From NCBI GenBank assembly GCA_965113315.1, contig OZ220364.1: 64,000 nucleotides of DNA; one strand, written 5' to 3'. Below, one piece after another: positions 50,545 through 63,524 of the stretch (its first letter is position 1; each line of letters opens with the position of its first letter). This DNA is from Podarcis vaucheri. Lineage: Eukaryota. The position numbers were made by a program, and so were the translations under genes. The notes under the pieces are model-generated. The model saw nothing but the letters and a program-made list of their open reading frames with translations, was not told the origin of the DNA and searched no databases.

Positions 50545-50840
50545 ACCTACCTACCTACCTACCTACCTACCTACCTACCTACCTACCTATGTATCAAATT
50601 TATATCCTGCCCTCCTTCCCAAAGAAGCCTAGGGCAACAAACATATCTGTAATAAAAGCGCGCGCGCGCACACACACACACACACACACATTTTAAAACT
50701 GTTTAGAAATCTAACAAAATAATGAAACACAATAAAACATGTCTGAATAGGCCTGCCAAAAGATCTTTTCAGAAACCTAAAATAATGTGATGCCTTCAGG
50801 AAGTTCCAAAATACAGGTGTTGCCACACTATAGGGAAGCA
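50545..50840 (-). mobile_element. Decayed L2-type 3' end with (GTAG)n tail
   Basis: Minus strand GTTGCCCTAGG...GGAGGGCAGGATATAAAT followed by (GTAG)n. Confidence 0.5.
50658..50690. repeat. (GC)n(AC)n microsatellite
   Basis: Read directly. Confidence 0.95.
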
Positions 50841-52105
50841 CAGAATGGACACTGAACAACATTTGTAGAAGTGCAAGTTCTGCAGATTGAAGTGATCAAG
50901 TAGACTTAAAGTAAACGCTGCACAAAAATTCTACAGGAAAAACCCCTGTATAAAATGCATTTTATTGGTTCGAGATCTCATTAAACAGCTGCCACTACAT
51001 CTCCCTTTAATATTTTTTTAAGTCTGTTTTGATAAGGATAGCACCTTGATGTGGAAATTACTTAGTATACATTACCCTCCTTAAAGCATCACCACCATTA
51101 ATTTAATAACATTCTAATTTTACTTTAATTTCCCCCACTGCTCAATTCAGTACTGAAGTCCATAAAAAAACTTCTAATGGTTTCACTTGAATTGGAAAGT
51201 GCCTCCTCTGTCCACTACCCATTCCATAGTTCTTTCTATCTTCCTTACCGCTAGGACACTGCACATTGTCCCAGCAATCTTGTAGATGACAGATTTAGAT
51301 TGTATTGAAAATCAGATGAACAGATGAAGCTTAGAGGAAATTAAATGAGGTGAAACAGGCAAGAAGTGAACAGATGAGACAGATGAAATCTCTCACTCCG
51401 TTAGCAAATAAATATACAAAAATTGCAAACAGAACATTTAACATAACTAATGCAATTTTGTGGGGTGGAAACCCTTATTTTTTAAAGGCAGAGTAAGAAA
51501 GATGGTCGAAAAAAATAATGGCATCTTAAGCGTGGGGACATTCCTAACATTTCAATTTCCTGCATATTTTGTGGCTGTACGTGTACATTTGTTCATAGTA
51601 AAAATAATTGCCGAGGAAAGTGTTGGGGAGTAGGGATTTGAACACTATTTATGAAAAAAATATATATTTATAAAAAAAATTACAATGACTTATTCATGTT
51701 GGCAGGAATGTGCAATTCATTCTGGGACAGACCATCTTAAGGAGAGGCCATAAAATGGGCCACATTAGGAATAATACAAAGCCAATTGGATTTCTTTATT
51801 TTAGATAGGTTGGAGAGAAAAGGATGACAGAGGTGGAAAACCGCAGCAGCATCCTGAATACGGTTTCAAATTCAAAACAATGTAGCTAATCCAGGGACAC
51901 CTGCATCAAATCAAGAAGAGGGGCATACTATGTGAGAAATAATGCCTGAAGGGTTGAGAATGGCAACAGAGATTCTAGGCTGCCAAATCTGAGTCTTGGA
52001 GAGCTGGAAAACTTGCAATTCTGCTTGGACAGAAAGGGACATGAACACAGACTGGGAAAACAGATAGTGCCCACCTCAGCTCCTACCCAAATAAATTCTA
52101 ACCCA

Positions 52106-52241
52106 CAGTGCAATTTTTTCTAGAAAAAGAGGTGCTGGACATCACAATGAATGCCTCCATTGTTCTCTTATAATGGCAATGGTGTCCACCTGAGAGGTGC
52201 CGGAACTGAGTTCCAGTGAGTTCTGGTGAAAAAATGTCCTG
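52106..52241. mobile_element. Decayed hAT-like MITE
   Basis: Termini CAGTGCAATTTTTTC / GAAAAAATGTCCTG; internal GAGGTGC.GGA repeat. Confidence 0.5.
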
Positions 52242-52435
52242 CTTACCCAAATACTTGCCTTTTACCCAAAGAAATCCTAATGCCTCACTAAAATTAGCAA
52301 CATACAACTTGAATGGCTACAGGTTGAATGGCTATGGTTCTATGATTCTATGATTCTAGGAAAGCACTGCCCTCTGTGCCCTTTAGAGATTGCTCCAAAA
52401 TGCTGCCACTGGAAGAGGTGGAATTGCATGGTTCT

Positions 52436-53020
52436 TAATAATAATAATAATAATAATAATAATTTATTATTTATACCCCGCCCATCTGGCTGGGCCTCCC
52501 CAGCCACTCTGGGCGGCTTCCATAAAAACCAAAAATACAATAAAATATCACACGTTAAAAACTTCCCTGAACAGGGCTGCCTTAAGATGTCTCCTGAATG
52601 TCAGGTAGTTGTTTATCGCCTTGACATCTGCTGGAAGGGTGTTCCACAGGGCGGGCGCCACTACCGAGAAGGCCCTCTGCCTGGTTCCCTGTAGCTTTGC
52701 TTCTCGCAATGAGGGAACCGCCAGAAGGCCCTCGGCGCTGGACCTCAGCGTCCGGGCAGAATGATGGGGGTGGAGACGCTCCTTCAGGTATACTGGACCG
52801 AGGCCGTTTAGGGCTTTAAAGGTCAGCACCAACACTTTGAATTGTGCTCGGAAACGTACTGGGAGCCAATGCAGGTCTTTCAAGACCGGTGTTATATGGT
52901 CTCGGCGGCCGCTCCCAGTCACCAGTCTAGCTGCCGCATTCTGGATTAGTTGTAGTTTCCGAGTCACCTTCAAAGGTAGCCCCACGTAGAGTGCATTGCA
53001 GTAGTCCAAGCGGGAGATAA
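52436..53020 (-). mobile_element. L2 3' fragment (second family) with (TTA)n tail
   Basis: ORF 52548-53009 (DYCNALYVGLP...LHWLPVRFR...RAFSVVAPALWN), followed by terminal hairpin and tail. Confidence 0.92.
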
Positions 53021-53028
53021 CCTTTGTA

Positions 53029-53137
53029 CATTTATTGATGTTTGCTGTGCTATGGTTTTTAAGAAATACAGTTTTGTAAACTGTATTTTATAGGAGTGCT
53101 TTCTTAAAAATCACAGTACAGCAAACATCAATAAATG
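53029..53137. repeat. Inverted repeat with 38-bp arms and a nested inner hairpin
   Basis: Arms 53029-53066 and 53100-53137 match at 35 of 38 positions. Confidence 0.9.
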
Positions 53138-53149
53138 CAAGTTTAAAGC

Positions 53150-54280
53150 GGCAAGCTGAAGTTCCTCTTGGCTATCCAAAGATGCGCAATCCGCCATGGT
53201 TAGGCTGGAAACTTGTATGCTGAGCATAGAGAGCCAAATAGATTAAAGAATCCTTTGCTACTGGTTCAGAGTTCAACAGATGGACAACACTAGGTTACCA
53301 AAAAAAATGCCTGATTGAGCTCGCAAATGGATTACCCCTTAAAAACTGGGTACATCATGCTGCCCAGCTGATGGGCAAATATGACCTCTCAGGGATCCGG
53401 GCTCAAAGAACTTTCCCTACATTCTCAGAAAAATATTTTTAAATGGACCACAAGGGCAGTGACTACTAAAAACAACTTAAACTCCATGTACCTATCTACA
53501 TTCGCCCCATTATATTTTAAACTTAGAGAGGCCCATGAACATACGTTTTACTTCAGTGAATTGACTTTTGTACAACTCTGGAAAGCTTTTACAAAGTTAC
53601 GATTAAATACAATAAACTCTGCCTATAGAGATGGGATACATAGAGGCATACCAGTAAATGAACGTGTTTGTATTAGGGGATGCCCTGAATTAGAGGACCT
53701 TACACATTATATCTTACATTGCCCCTTATATAATGAACAAGAGAACGGTTTTTGACACCTATAATGACAAAGTCCCCTAGCCAGAATCCTTCCAACATGA
53801 TTCTTTATCTCCTCACAGACATAGATAAGCATGTGACCTGGCGTGTAGCACTTTTTGCAACTGCCGCCAGGAAAATTTGAAAAAATTATATAACCGAGAT
53901 AGCTATCAACCATAAAGGAGATGAATTTAATTGACCCCATCTACACCACGCTGCATCTTTCTCACTAAACTATGTACATAATTGTTTCTTTATTATTTAA
54001 TATTACTTTTAATATATTATAGAATCATAGAATCATAGAATCATAGAGTTGGAAGAGACCACAAGTGGCCCTGTGGTGATTTTAGCTTATAAATTTTATT
54101 GTCTAATGTTTGAATTTGTATATAAAGGAGTTTCTATAGCTTTGTGCAGATTAGGTCATGTTTTGACAGTGAAAATGTTTTAAGTTTTTGTATCAAACTA
54201 GTATATACTTAATTCAATGACATTGTATACATTGCAGCAACCTTTGGCTATAAGAAATAAACTTCACTGACTGACTGACT
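53150..54280 (+). mobile_element. Decayed RTE-X-like LINE 3' portion with (ACTG)n tail
   Basis: Cys/His C-terminus AFTKLRLN...GIPVNERVC..GC.ELEDLTHYILHCPLY; AATAAA then ACTGACTGACTGACT. Clade assignment is from recalled motif similarity. Confidence 0.6.
54019..54066 (-). mobile_element. CR1 extreme 3' tail inserted in the RTE-X-like 3'UTR
   Basis: (TAGAATCA)3 followed by TAGAGTTGGAAGAGACC, matching the 38717 copy. Similar isolated tails lie at about 50190-50208 and 52338-52358. Confidence 0.7.
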
Positions 54281-55279
54281 ACTTATGCATTGATAAAACT
54301 AACTCCAAGATCCAAATACAGAAATGGCTGCTTGGAATATACATGGGGATAGTATATTGAGACACTGGGGAGATAATGATGCAATGAAAGACTCCAAGAA
54401 AAAGATCATTTTTAAAGGATAGAGCTTATCAACAGAAGCCTACAGCGCTGACTAAATCCTCTATTTTCTGAATTGACTTTGTGAGAGAATGTTCTGTGGC
54501 ACTGGCTACATGACGTAAGGACTTTCTAAGCTGTGCTAATGTGGCTTCCCAACCTGGAGTGAATGGAGGCTTTAGCTCTTGTTTTTAAAAAATGGTTATG
54601 TGTATGTAGTTAATCTCATTCCCACTTTATTATTATTTTATTTAAAAAATAAGTAAGGCTACAAAAGCCTCAACATAGAAGTATTCCTATTTTTCCATAC
54701 ACATCATTAAGTGTAATTTTGTAGTTCAATTATTTATATTTTAATGCTATCCCATTTTGAAATTGCAGAACAATCTGCTTCCAAGAAATCCACACACCAT
54801 ATAACTGAATAGGAACATTTATAGCTTTTCAGCTGAGTGCACAGCTCACTGAAATTCTAACAATAAAACCCAAAAGGAAACCAAACGCTCCACTCTTTTG
54901 AAACCTGGCCAGTTCCCCCACCTTGCTACTTAACTAAAGAAATATGAATGCCTCTCTAAAATTAGAAACATATATACAATTATTTCCCTCTTAACCAAGA
55001 AGTTTCATCATACCCCACTCTATCCACAGTATGCATCCCTCTCTTTTAGCAACCTTAACTTTCCATCCAACCTTCCCTTCTACCCTCTTGTTTGACTAGC
55101 TAATCCTACCAGGTGGCCATGTTTATAGAATTTCATTCCTCATCCAACTTTTTCAATCAAGCTTGAATTTTCCAAAAGATTCCCTCCCCCTTCCCCCTTC
55201 CCCTAAGAAAAAGGCCATGTGCAAAAGTTTCCCTGAGCCAGCCAATTATTTTTTGTGGCAGCCACCATTTCCTTCTAAA

Positions 55280-55325
55280 TAACAATAATAATAAATAAAA
55301 TATAATAATAACAACAACAACAACG

Positions 55326-55367
<42 letters not shown>

Positions 55368-55407
55368 TTTATACCCCGCCCATCTGGCTGAGTTTCCCCA
55401 ACCACTA
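55280..55407 (-). mobile_element. Very short L2 3' end with compound (TTA)n/(TTG)n tail
   Basis: Same terminal hairpin motif as the other short copies. Confidence 0.8.
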
Positions 55408-56838
55408 CATTGCCTCAGAATAACACTACATTCTGTCCAACGTTTTCAAGCCCCAAACCGGGAACATGTGTCTTCTGGGACATACTCCCAGGTGAGTCAC
55501 GTGACCCATACCCCTTGCTCTCGCCCCCAAAAGTGGGGGGTTGGGGTTGGGGGGGGGAGAGACCTTGCACGGCTCTGATAAAAGCACTTATGTGGTGCAA
55601 GAGCACAGCATGAGAGATGACAGCACCCAAAATGGCCACTGTGTGTGTGTGTGGGGGGATGACCTTTTTTCCCTGGGGTGCTTGGGAGGTATGTCACTTT
55701 GGGCAGGATGAGATTCATCACTAGAAGCCCTGCACAAAGGCTCCTGCTTGCAGACTGGAGCTTCCTTCTCCCTGTTTCCAAATTGGCTTGGGGGGGGGAG
55801 TTCAGGAAAACTCCCAGACAAACAGCGGGGAGGGGATCATTTTGTCTGGCTAGCCAAAATGCTTGCCCTGACAGAACAATTGCCTGTGTGCAACGTTAAG
55901 GTCATCCCTAGGTCTGGGAATCTGTGGAGAATACAAAACAGAGGCCAGCTGCCAAACCACAGCTACTGCGGAAGCAGCAAAAGAAAAGAAAAAACTTGGG
56001 GAAGAATAATAAAGCTGTGCTACTGCCGCTGCTCATGGTGATTCCCAACTGTGAAAAACTGTTGGAGAATTTCTCTTCCCCATGGAAAAATTCAGTCACA
56101 TTGTCCTCCAGTCCCTCAGTCGCAAATAAAGTGCAGAATGCCGAGAAGCCTTCTGCTCACAGGTTTACTGTCAACAAACCCCAAAGTGAGACAGCAGAGC
56201 AAAATGAAAGAAATAAAATAAACCCAAAGACAGGAGCATGAGAGCTGCCAAGTCGTGATGCAGAGGACAGTGACAGGTATAGTCCCTGCATACACCTGGG
56301 GGCCAGAGCCCACAGAAAATGCTGTTTATTTAAGTCTTTGAGTCACAAGTCTTCTGCCACTAAGCGCATATAGTACTAAACCCTCAAGATCATGACACAA
56401 TCCAGAATACAAACAAAAGCCACTTACATGTTGAGCAGATAATTCAAGTAAGTAAGCCACACTCAGGCTTTTAAGGGTCAACAAAGCTGCAGCCCCTGCC
56501 CTACATCATATTTATTATTTTAAGGCTACTGCTGTTTTTATAGCTTTTGTGGATTTGTGTTTTACGTTAGAAGTTAATATTTAACATTGTCTTAAGTTTT
56601 AAATGTAAGCTTACATTTAAAAAAAAGAATTAGAAAGGAGGAGTAGAATTTTAAAAAGGAGCATTCAAGGAATTAAGAATCTAGAAAACACTGACCTGTT
56701 TTAGAGACAAAACAGCAAGGCAATGCATTTACCCTTCCCAATCCTGTCTCTTATGTGCACAGGCAGGGTTCATATAGCTACTATAACATTATTATTTTTT
56801 TTAATTGAATTTATATACTGCCCTATACCCGTACAACC

Positions 56839-56840
<2 letters not shown>

Positions 56841-56897
<57 letters not shown>
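56841..56897. repeat. (CT)n(CA)n microsatellite
   Basis: Read directly. Confidence 0.95.
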
Positions 56898-57109
56898 CCC
56901 TAGCTTAAAAATACTAACTTTAAACTATTTCAGTGGTGCTTGTGAGCGTACACTGACTCTGAGCCCTCCAGCAGGCAACACCTTCAATGCCCTTCCACCT
57001 GCTGATGCTTTTGCACAAGCTGCCCACTAAGGCTCTTCATCGCCTGCCCTTCCCTACCAGCACTTTTCCCTACCAGCTGCCTTTCTTTAACCCCCCTAAT
57101 GCATGGAGA

Positions 57110-57590
57110 TAATATACTTAAGCATTTCACAAAGCTGTCCACAAAATACCTCGCCAAAGACTCCTAAGTAAGCTTAGCAGTCATGGAATAAAAGGAGAGG
57201 TTATCTTGTGGAGCAGGAACTAGTTAAACAGCAGCAAGCTGAGAGAAGGAATAAAAGGCAAATTCTGTGCTAGGGATCATTAGGAAAGGAATTGAAAGCA
57301 AAACTGCCAATGTCACAATGCCATTATACAAATCTGCGGTGCAACCACATTTGGACTAGTGTGCATGGTTTTGGTTGCCCCACCTCAAAAAGGATATTGC
57401 TGAAAAGGTTCAGAAAATGATCGAGGGGAAGAAGAAACTGCCCTTTGAAGAAAGGCTACATAACTTGGGGCTTTTTAATTCAGAGAAGAGGCGAGTCAAA
57501 GGCAACAAGATAGATGTGTACAAAATTTTGCATGGCATGGTGAAAGTGAAGAGAAGCATTTCTACATCTCTCATAGCACAGGAACACAAA
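57110..57590 (+). mobile_element. Decayed CR1 LINE fragment
   Basis: Degenerate PLYKS.V.PHL..CA.FWLPHLKKDI and LPFEERLHNLGLFNSEKRR motifs. Confidence 0.8.
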
Positions 57591-60500
57591 GTGCTTGGTA
57601 TTTTGGGGTTTGTTTCTTTTTATCATTTTCTCTTCCTTTGGTCTCAGTAGGAGGGAGTACAAGTACTCAAACCCAAGGGGTAGTGTACTTAAACCCCCTC
57701 ATCCAGGGGTCCATAGGGGTAACCGGATCAAAAGCCTCCCTCAATCTACTCCAGTGCACCCTCTCTTCTTCCCCCTGCTGTGCAGAAATGCTAAATCAGA
57801 TTTTCCATAGCTCATAGGAGAAGAATGTGTGTTCATATATTTGCAGTGTAATCCCACACGCCTACTCAGAAGTTAGACTGACTGAGTTCAATGGGGCTGA
57901 GACTCAACACAGTATGTACAGGATTGCAACCTTATTCTTTCAAGGTATAGGAAGGCCGCAACCTGAGTGCTAGAAGGCTATAGCTATTACAAGCCCTGAG
58001 AACATAAATTGTTTTTCAAACAATAGTTTCTAGTGGCTAGTGCCACAATCAGGCAATTCTAGCATCTAGCATCTCTTCTGTTTTAATGCTGCTTTTTTTT
58101 TTTTACAGTGGATGTAGTTCTTTTCCTTCTGGTTTGATTTTTTGACATCTCCCTCTGGCCCTGTAGCATATTTCCCATCTGTTCATACAGATGGCACATT
58201 CCAGCAAAGTCAAAGAAACTGGTGTCCCAACATTCCAATATATTATGCTATACTTGTATGGGCATGTTGCAAAATACTGGGGAAAGGAAGCCATTTCAAC
58301 TTTCTCAGGAAAATTAAAGAAGAAATAGAAATACAGAAAATTGATACTGTAGCTATATGGCTAACTACCCATCACACCTGTTTCCTCCCGGCGGCCTTTT
58401 GTAACTAACATTAGAACAACAAGACTATCTTGCAAAGGGGCTTTGATTGGTTAGCCTCAAAGCAAAGCCTTTTGTGACTTTCATCCATGTTGGGAGTCTT
58501 CAGACTGCCTCTAAGCTTCAGTTAGACTCCAAGGGGAAATCTGCAAGAAGACTTCTCCAGGTTTTGTCTCTTTGTAGACAGAGCTGGTATAGTTGGGCAA
58601 ATGATTACAAACGCAAGCTGATCTTCCCATTCCATGCTTGGCATAATGTGGTCTTTGAGCTTTTCAAATAGAAGGACTTTGCTAGCAGAAGTTTACACAA
58701 GGACTTTTGCTAGCACAAATGGGTTCCCCCCTTGTCCCCATTGCAATTGACTTGTGGGTGTTGTGAGAAGCCCCATAACAGCACAAGGGGGGGGGGAGAA
58801 GTGGGATTGTTGTACCCAGCAAGCTGAAAAGCTTCTGCTTTACAGAATAATTGCTATAGCAGTAAGTTGAATTCCTCCCAGTATAAATACTAAGAGCAGA
58901 ATTCTAAGCTTGCTTTCTTAGCTGGCAGACCTGCTGCGTTTAATGGGACTTGGAATGCTTCAAGACAGGTGTTTCTTGTGGGATGGGAGCTCCTCATGCA
59001 TGACTTTTTTCTTTTTCTTTTTTTGCGGTATCCACACAACATTGTTGATACAAAAATGCCAGCCCGTATTCCACCCCCACACTTACACTTTATAAGAAAT
59101 AAATTAAGTAAGTTTTTAAAAAGAGAGGAAGTCCTGTGGCCAACAACACATTTGCATTATTAAGCCCCCATATAGAAGTACCCTAATTCTCAAGCAACTG
59201 CATTTGCAAATGGAGCCTAAGTGTTTTGATTTTCTCCCAAATACGGAATCCTACCAGGATGCAATCTGGTTTTAAAGTTAAATTTCAGGAGAAACTAATT
59301 GTCACATAAAGTAGCAATCAGTTCTCTAATGTTCTTGCATAAAGTTAGTCATCCCTCCTCCTTGATCACACATATTTGCCTCCTGCTGCCTTTAAAAAGG
59401 TGGGTTAGAAAACAGATTCCTGGTTTTCTTCTTCTTCAAACTCTACAAGACAAACCATAGAATGCCCACAGAAGCTCAGTTTCCAAAAACCCACTAGAAT
59501 TTTATGGGTGACAAATGTTGAATCATCATTTAAAACATGCCATAACACCATGGAAGCAAGAATAAGCTTGCTCTTCTGAAAGAGTTCACATCACACAGAA
59601 GTGAGCATCTTTTTTTTCTTTTCTCCAAGGGGACAAGTTTTTGTATTTAGGCAGTAAAGTTTGAGAGTTTAAAATTAGTGCATTTTATTACAGAACCAAG
59701 CATTCTGCAGCAAACAACAGTCTGGGAATTCAGGCTGTTGTTTCTCTGCAGTAAAGGATTTTTGGGGAATAAGCAGCATCTGGGTGGAAATGCTGAGCTG
59801 TTTCCCATCTTCTGTATGACCCCTCAATGCCACATTGTTCCCAGTCAGGATTCTGAAATAGAAAATAGCAGGTGAGGGGAGGGTTAAGCATTCTACTTCT
59901 TGCCACGTCTTCTGTACAAATCTCTATTCCCCACTTGTAACTTGCTTTGCAATAGAAAAGCAAAAACTGAGAACATAGGGCTGATCCTGACTTCTGTTGT
60001 TTAGTGGGTCCATTCTTGTTCACTTTTAATTTCCCTACCTGGAACCATCTCCAGAAAACCTGTGTTTCTTTGTCCACTCTTGGGTAGTGCTTAGCCTGAT
60101 TTTTCTGAGTGTATCTGTCTTGCTCCACCACCATCTGTGCTTGCCAGGACTCAGAGGGACTGTTCCTAAGAGGGGTGGTTAAGGGTATTCTAGGCTGTCA
60201 GGACTCCTTTTAGCTCCTCCTCCCATGTTTTTAAGAGGAGTCCTTAAGGGCACCGTGGGCTTCTGAGTCATTGGTACTTCCTCTTCCCTCTCCCTTCTCT
60301 CTAGACACTGGGTCCTTTTATCTTTTAGTGGACCAGTTTTGTGATTATGCAGAGATGTGATAAAATGAGGACAGAGGTATGAACTGATTTATTTATTTTT
60401 TGACGGGGTCATTTGGAAAATGAGGGGGGGGGGAAATCCAGGCAATAATAACTGGAAGCATGCAGTTCAAACTTTTGGAACTCTAATAAAAACTGGCAGG

Positions 60501-61415
60501 GGGAGGGGTGCATAGAGAGAAAGGGAAGAGAGGAGAGGAGAGGAGACTGCCTCACCTCTAGATACAGGAGAAGCAAAGTATAGATGGGCCCTTAGACTTT
60601 AAAAACAACACTTGACAGCTCTGAAATATTCTACCACAGCTGTAATTATGATGCCCTTCCAACTTCATCATCTTTATACTGATGGAAGCTCAGTTGCTAC
60701 AAATATGCTTTATTTTGATGTGGATATGAGCTGTTTGGAAAACTCACTTGCAACTCGACAAGGTCAACAATTAAAAGATGATAAGGTGGTGTCTCGTGTA
60801 CAATGTAGATGTTAAAATGAATTCTTACCTTTTAAATGTTTACAATGTACTAGTACAGGAAAACTAGTATTTCAGAAATATGCTGCAGCAATGCAGCTAA
60901 AGTCAAGAAGGTAAGCAGAGCATTTTTTCAAAGGTTAAGCACATATCTTTCATACACACATGTAATCAAGCACATATAGATAAATGTTTTCTGGGGGGGG
61001 GAACTCTGCTGTATTGTCTGTGCTTAAAGTAGCTGACTTTTTCACAAAGGCATACACTAACAGTATATGATCCACTTTTCACAGTTCAGTGTTTCTTTAA
61101 TAAAAGCTACACAGCTAAGTCTGCTTATTAAGGAATATGTCTGATTGAATTCAGTGAAACTAACTTTCAGGTAAACATGCACAACGCTGGACTGTTCTAT
61201 CACATATCAACTCTACCAAAGTTGCATTCCAGAAACCTCCCCTCTCTTCTTTCTTTGTTGCATGTGTTTGTATAAAACTCAGTATCTCTTAAAGTCTCTT
61301 AAAGTACTTAAGATGGGTGAGCAAGTCCAAAATCACTTGGAACTGAAACTATGGAATGCTGGAAAATAAAGGAAAAAACAAATCTTAGCTTTAGATATTA
61401 AATTATGGCATTTTA

Positions 61416-61796
<381 letters not shown>

Positions 61797-62681
61797 CTAC
61801 ATCTGCCTCCTAAATGGTAAAATAAGAGGTGCACAAATGTTTTGAGTTATCGGACTCACCAATGAGTAGCATGATAGTGTTTTAATTATTCTATCTTCTC
61901 ACATTGCAGGCAAAAATCTTGAAATCATAATAGTCAAGTGACCATCCAATAAGTATCATTTGCTCATTAAAAGATACTTTATTTGGTGTGATCTGCATCA
62001 CTTGATTAAAATGTGAAAATGTTAGCTATGGAAGTGTACTTTCAGTTCTCTTTTCCCAGATGTCAGTGATAAAATTCCTTTATTTACATAAATAACTGAA
62101 ATAACAGTGATAAAATGTGGCATTGTTTCATGAAAGCATCTATCCAGCAGTAAGACAAAGTATTGTGCCCAAGAAGACTATTTAATAGTTTTGTATAAAT
62201 TATAAAATAACAGGTTTGTGATTTACCATGTATTTACTAACACAACTACTTAAGATTCAGTTGGTCAGACAAAAACCAAAACCTAGGCAAATTGTCACGT
62301 TCATCTAGGTCTCATATAGACAGTATAGAACTGCACTGTCAGCCTGAAGGAACTACTAATCTGTGATCTTTGAATGAAGAGCAGTTATTGTTATTATTAT
62401 TATTATCAACAATAAAAATAATAGTGTCCTGCTGAAACAAGGTACTTGTAGGGAAGATCTTTCCTGAACTTGGCAGTGTACAAGAACTGCTTGTCAAAAT
62501 ACGAAGACATATTGTATAATACCTGGTACAGATACGGTAACTTTCCTTTCCTGTTCCCCCCTTTTAATTGAAGTTAAAATAATTTTATTCATTCAGACAC
62601 ATAACACCAAGGCAATCCAATTATCCTGTTTGTGGGGACAGGAACAGTTTAGCTTCAGGTTTCATGATCATTCCCAAACTT

Positions 62682-62784
62682 CAGTTATAGATAGGTAGCC
62701 GTGTTGGTCTGCCATAGTCAAAATAAAAAAAATCCTTCCAGTAGCACCTTAAAGACCAACTAAGTTAGTTCTTGGAATTTTTTT
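62682..62784 (-). mobile_element. Short Penelope pseudo-LTR fragment
   Basis: Shares AGTAG.AC.TTA.AGACCAACTAAGTT.GTTCTTGG with 63541-63576; flanked by the 12-bp direct repeat ATTCCCAAACTT (62670-62681, 62785-62796). Confidence 0.8.
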
Positions 62785-63524
62785 ATTCCCAAACTTGTAA
62801 CTGAATATATTTAAATGCTCCAGTACAGCATATCTAAGGCCAGATGCTATTCTTTGCTGCTCTTTGCAACACATATGCAGGACATAATTTCAACCTATGA
62901 CTGCATGCAGTAATTTATTGCAAATATTTATAAATAATCCAAGCACCAAAGCATTCAACTACCCCTCAGAAATTTAATACCCAAAGTGCAATGTTTGCAG
63001 AGTGAGCAAACACACTTTTTATATTCTATTATCAGGGACCATTAAAGAAGTTGGAAGGAGATGACCTATGCATGTGTACTGAGATCTCCCTTAGGAATGA
63101 ATTTGCCGCATACACTCTTCAGCTTCCCTTTAGCCCAGAGCAGAACACTCAGGCATATCCCCATTCATTTCCTTGTGCTCAACTCAAAGGCATATACAGT
63201 TTCAATTGAGTAAATTTCAATAAATCAGCACTGCATCTCAGTCTCTCTCTCTGTGTATATATGTGTATATTTTTAAAAACACACACACACCATTATTTGA
63301 CTTAGCAATCATTCTTATCTCTTTATCATAAATAACTGTAATTTTTCTTTAGATTGCAGATAAATAGTTGATCAGTCCTTCACTAGAAAGTCCAAAATGC
63401 ACAAACACTGTCCACTGATCTTACAAATTTTCCCTTTAGATAATAAATAGATGATTTTCTGCCATTGATGAGACAACTTCTATAGCGATTTCTACCATTT
63501 AAGAAATATATATATTTATATATA

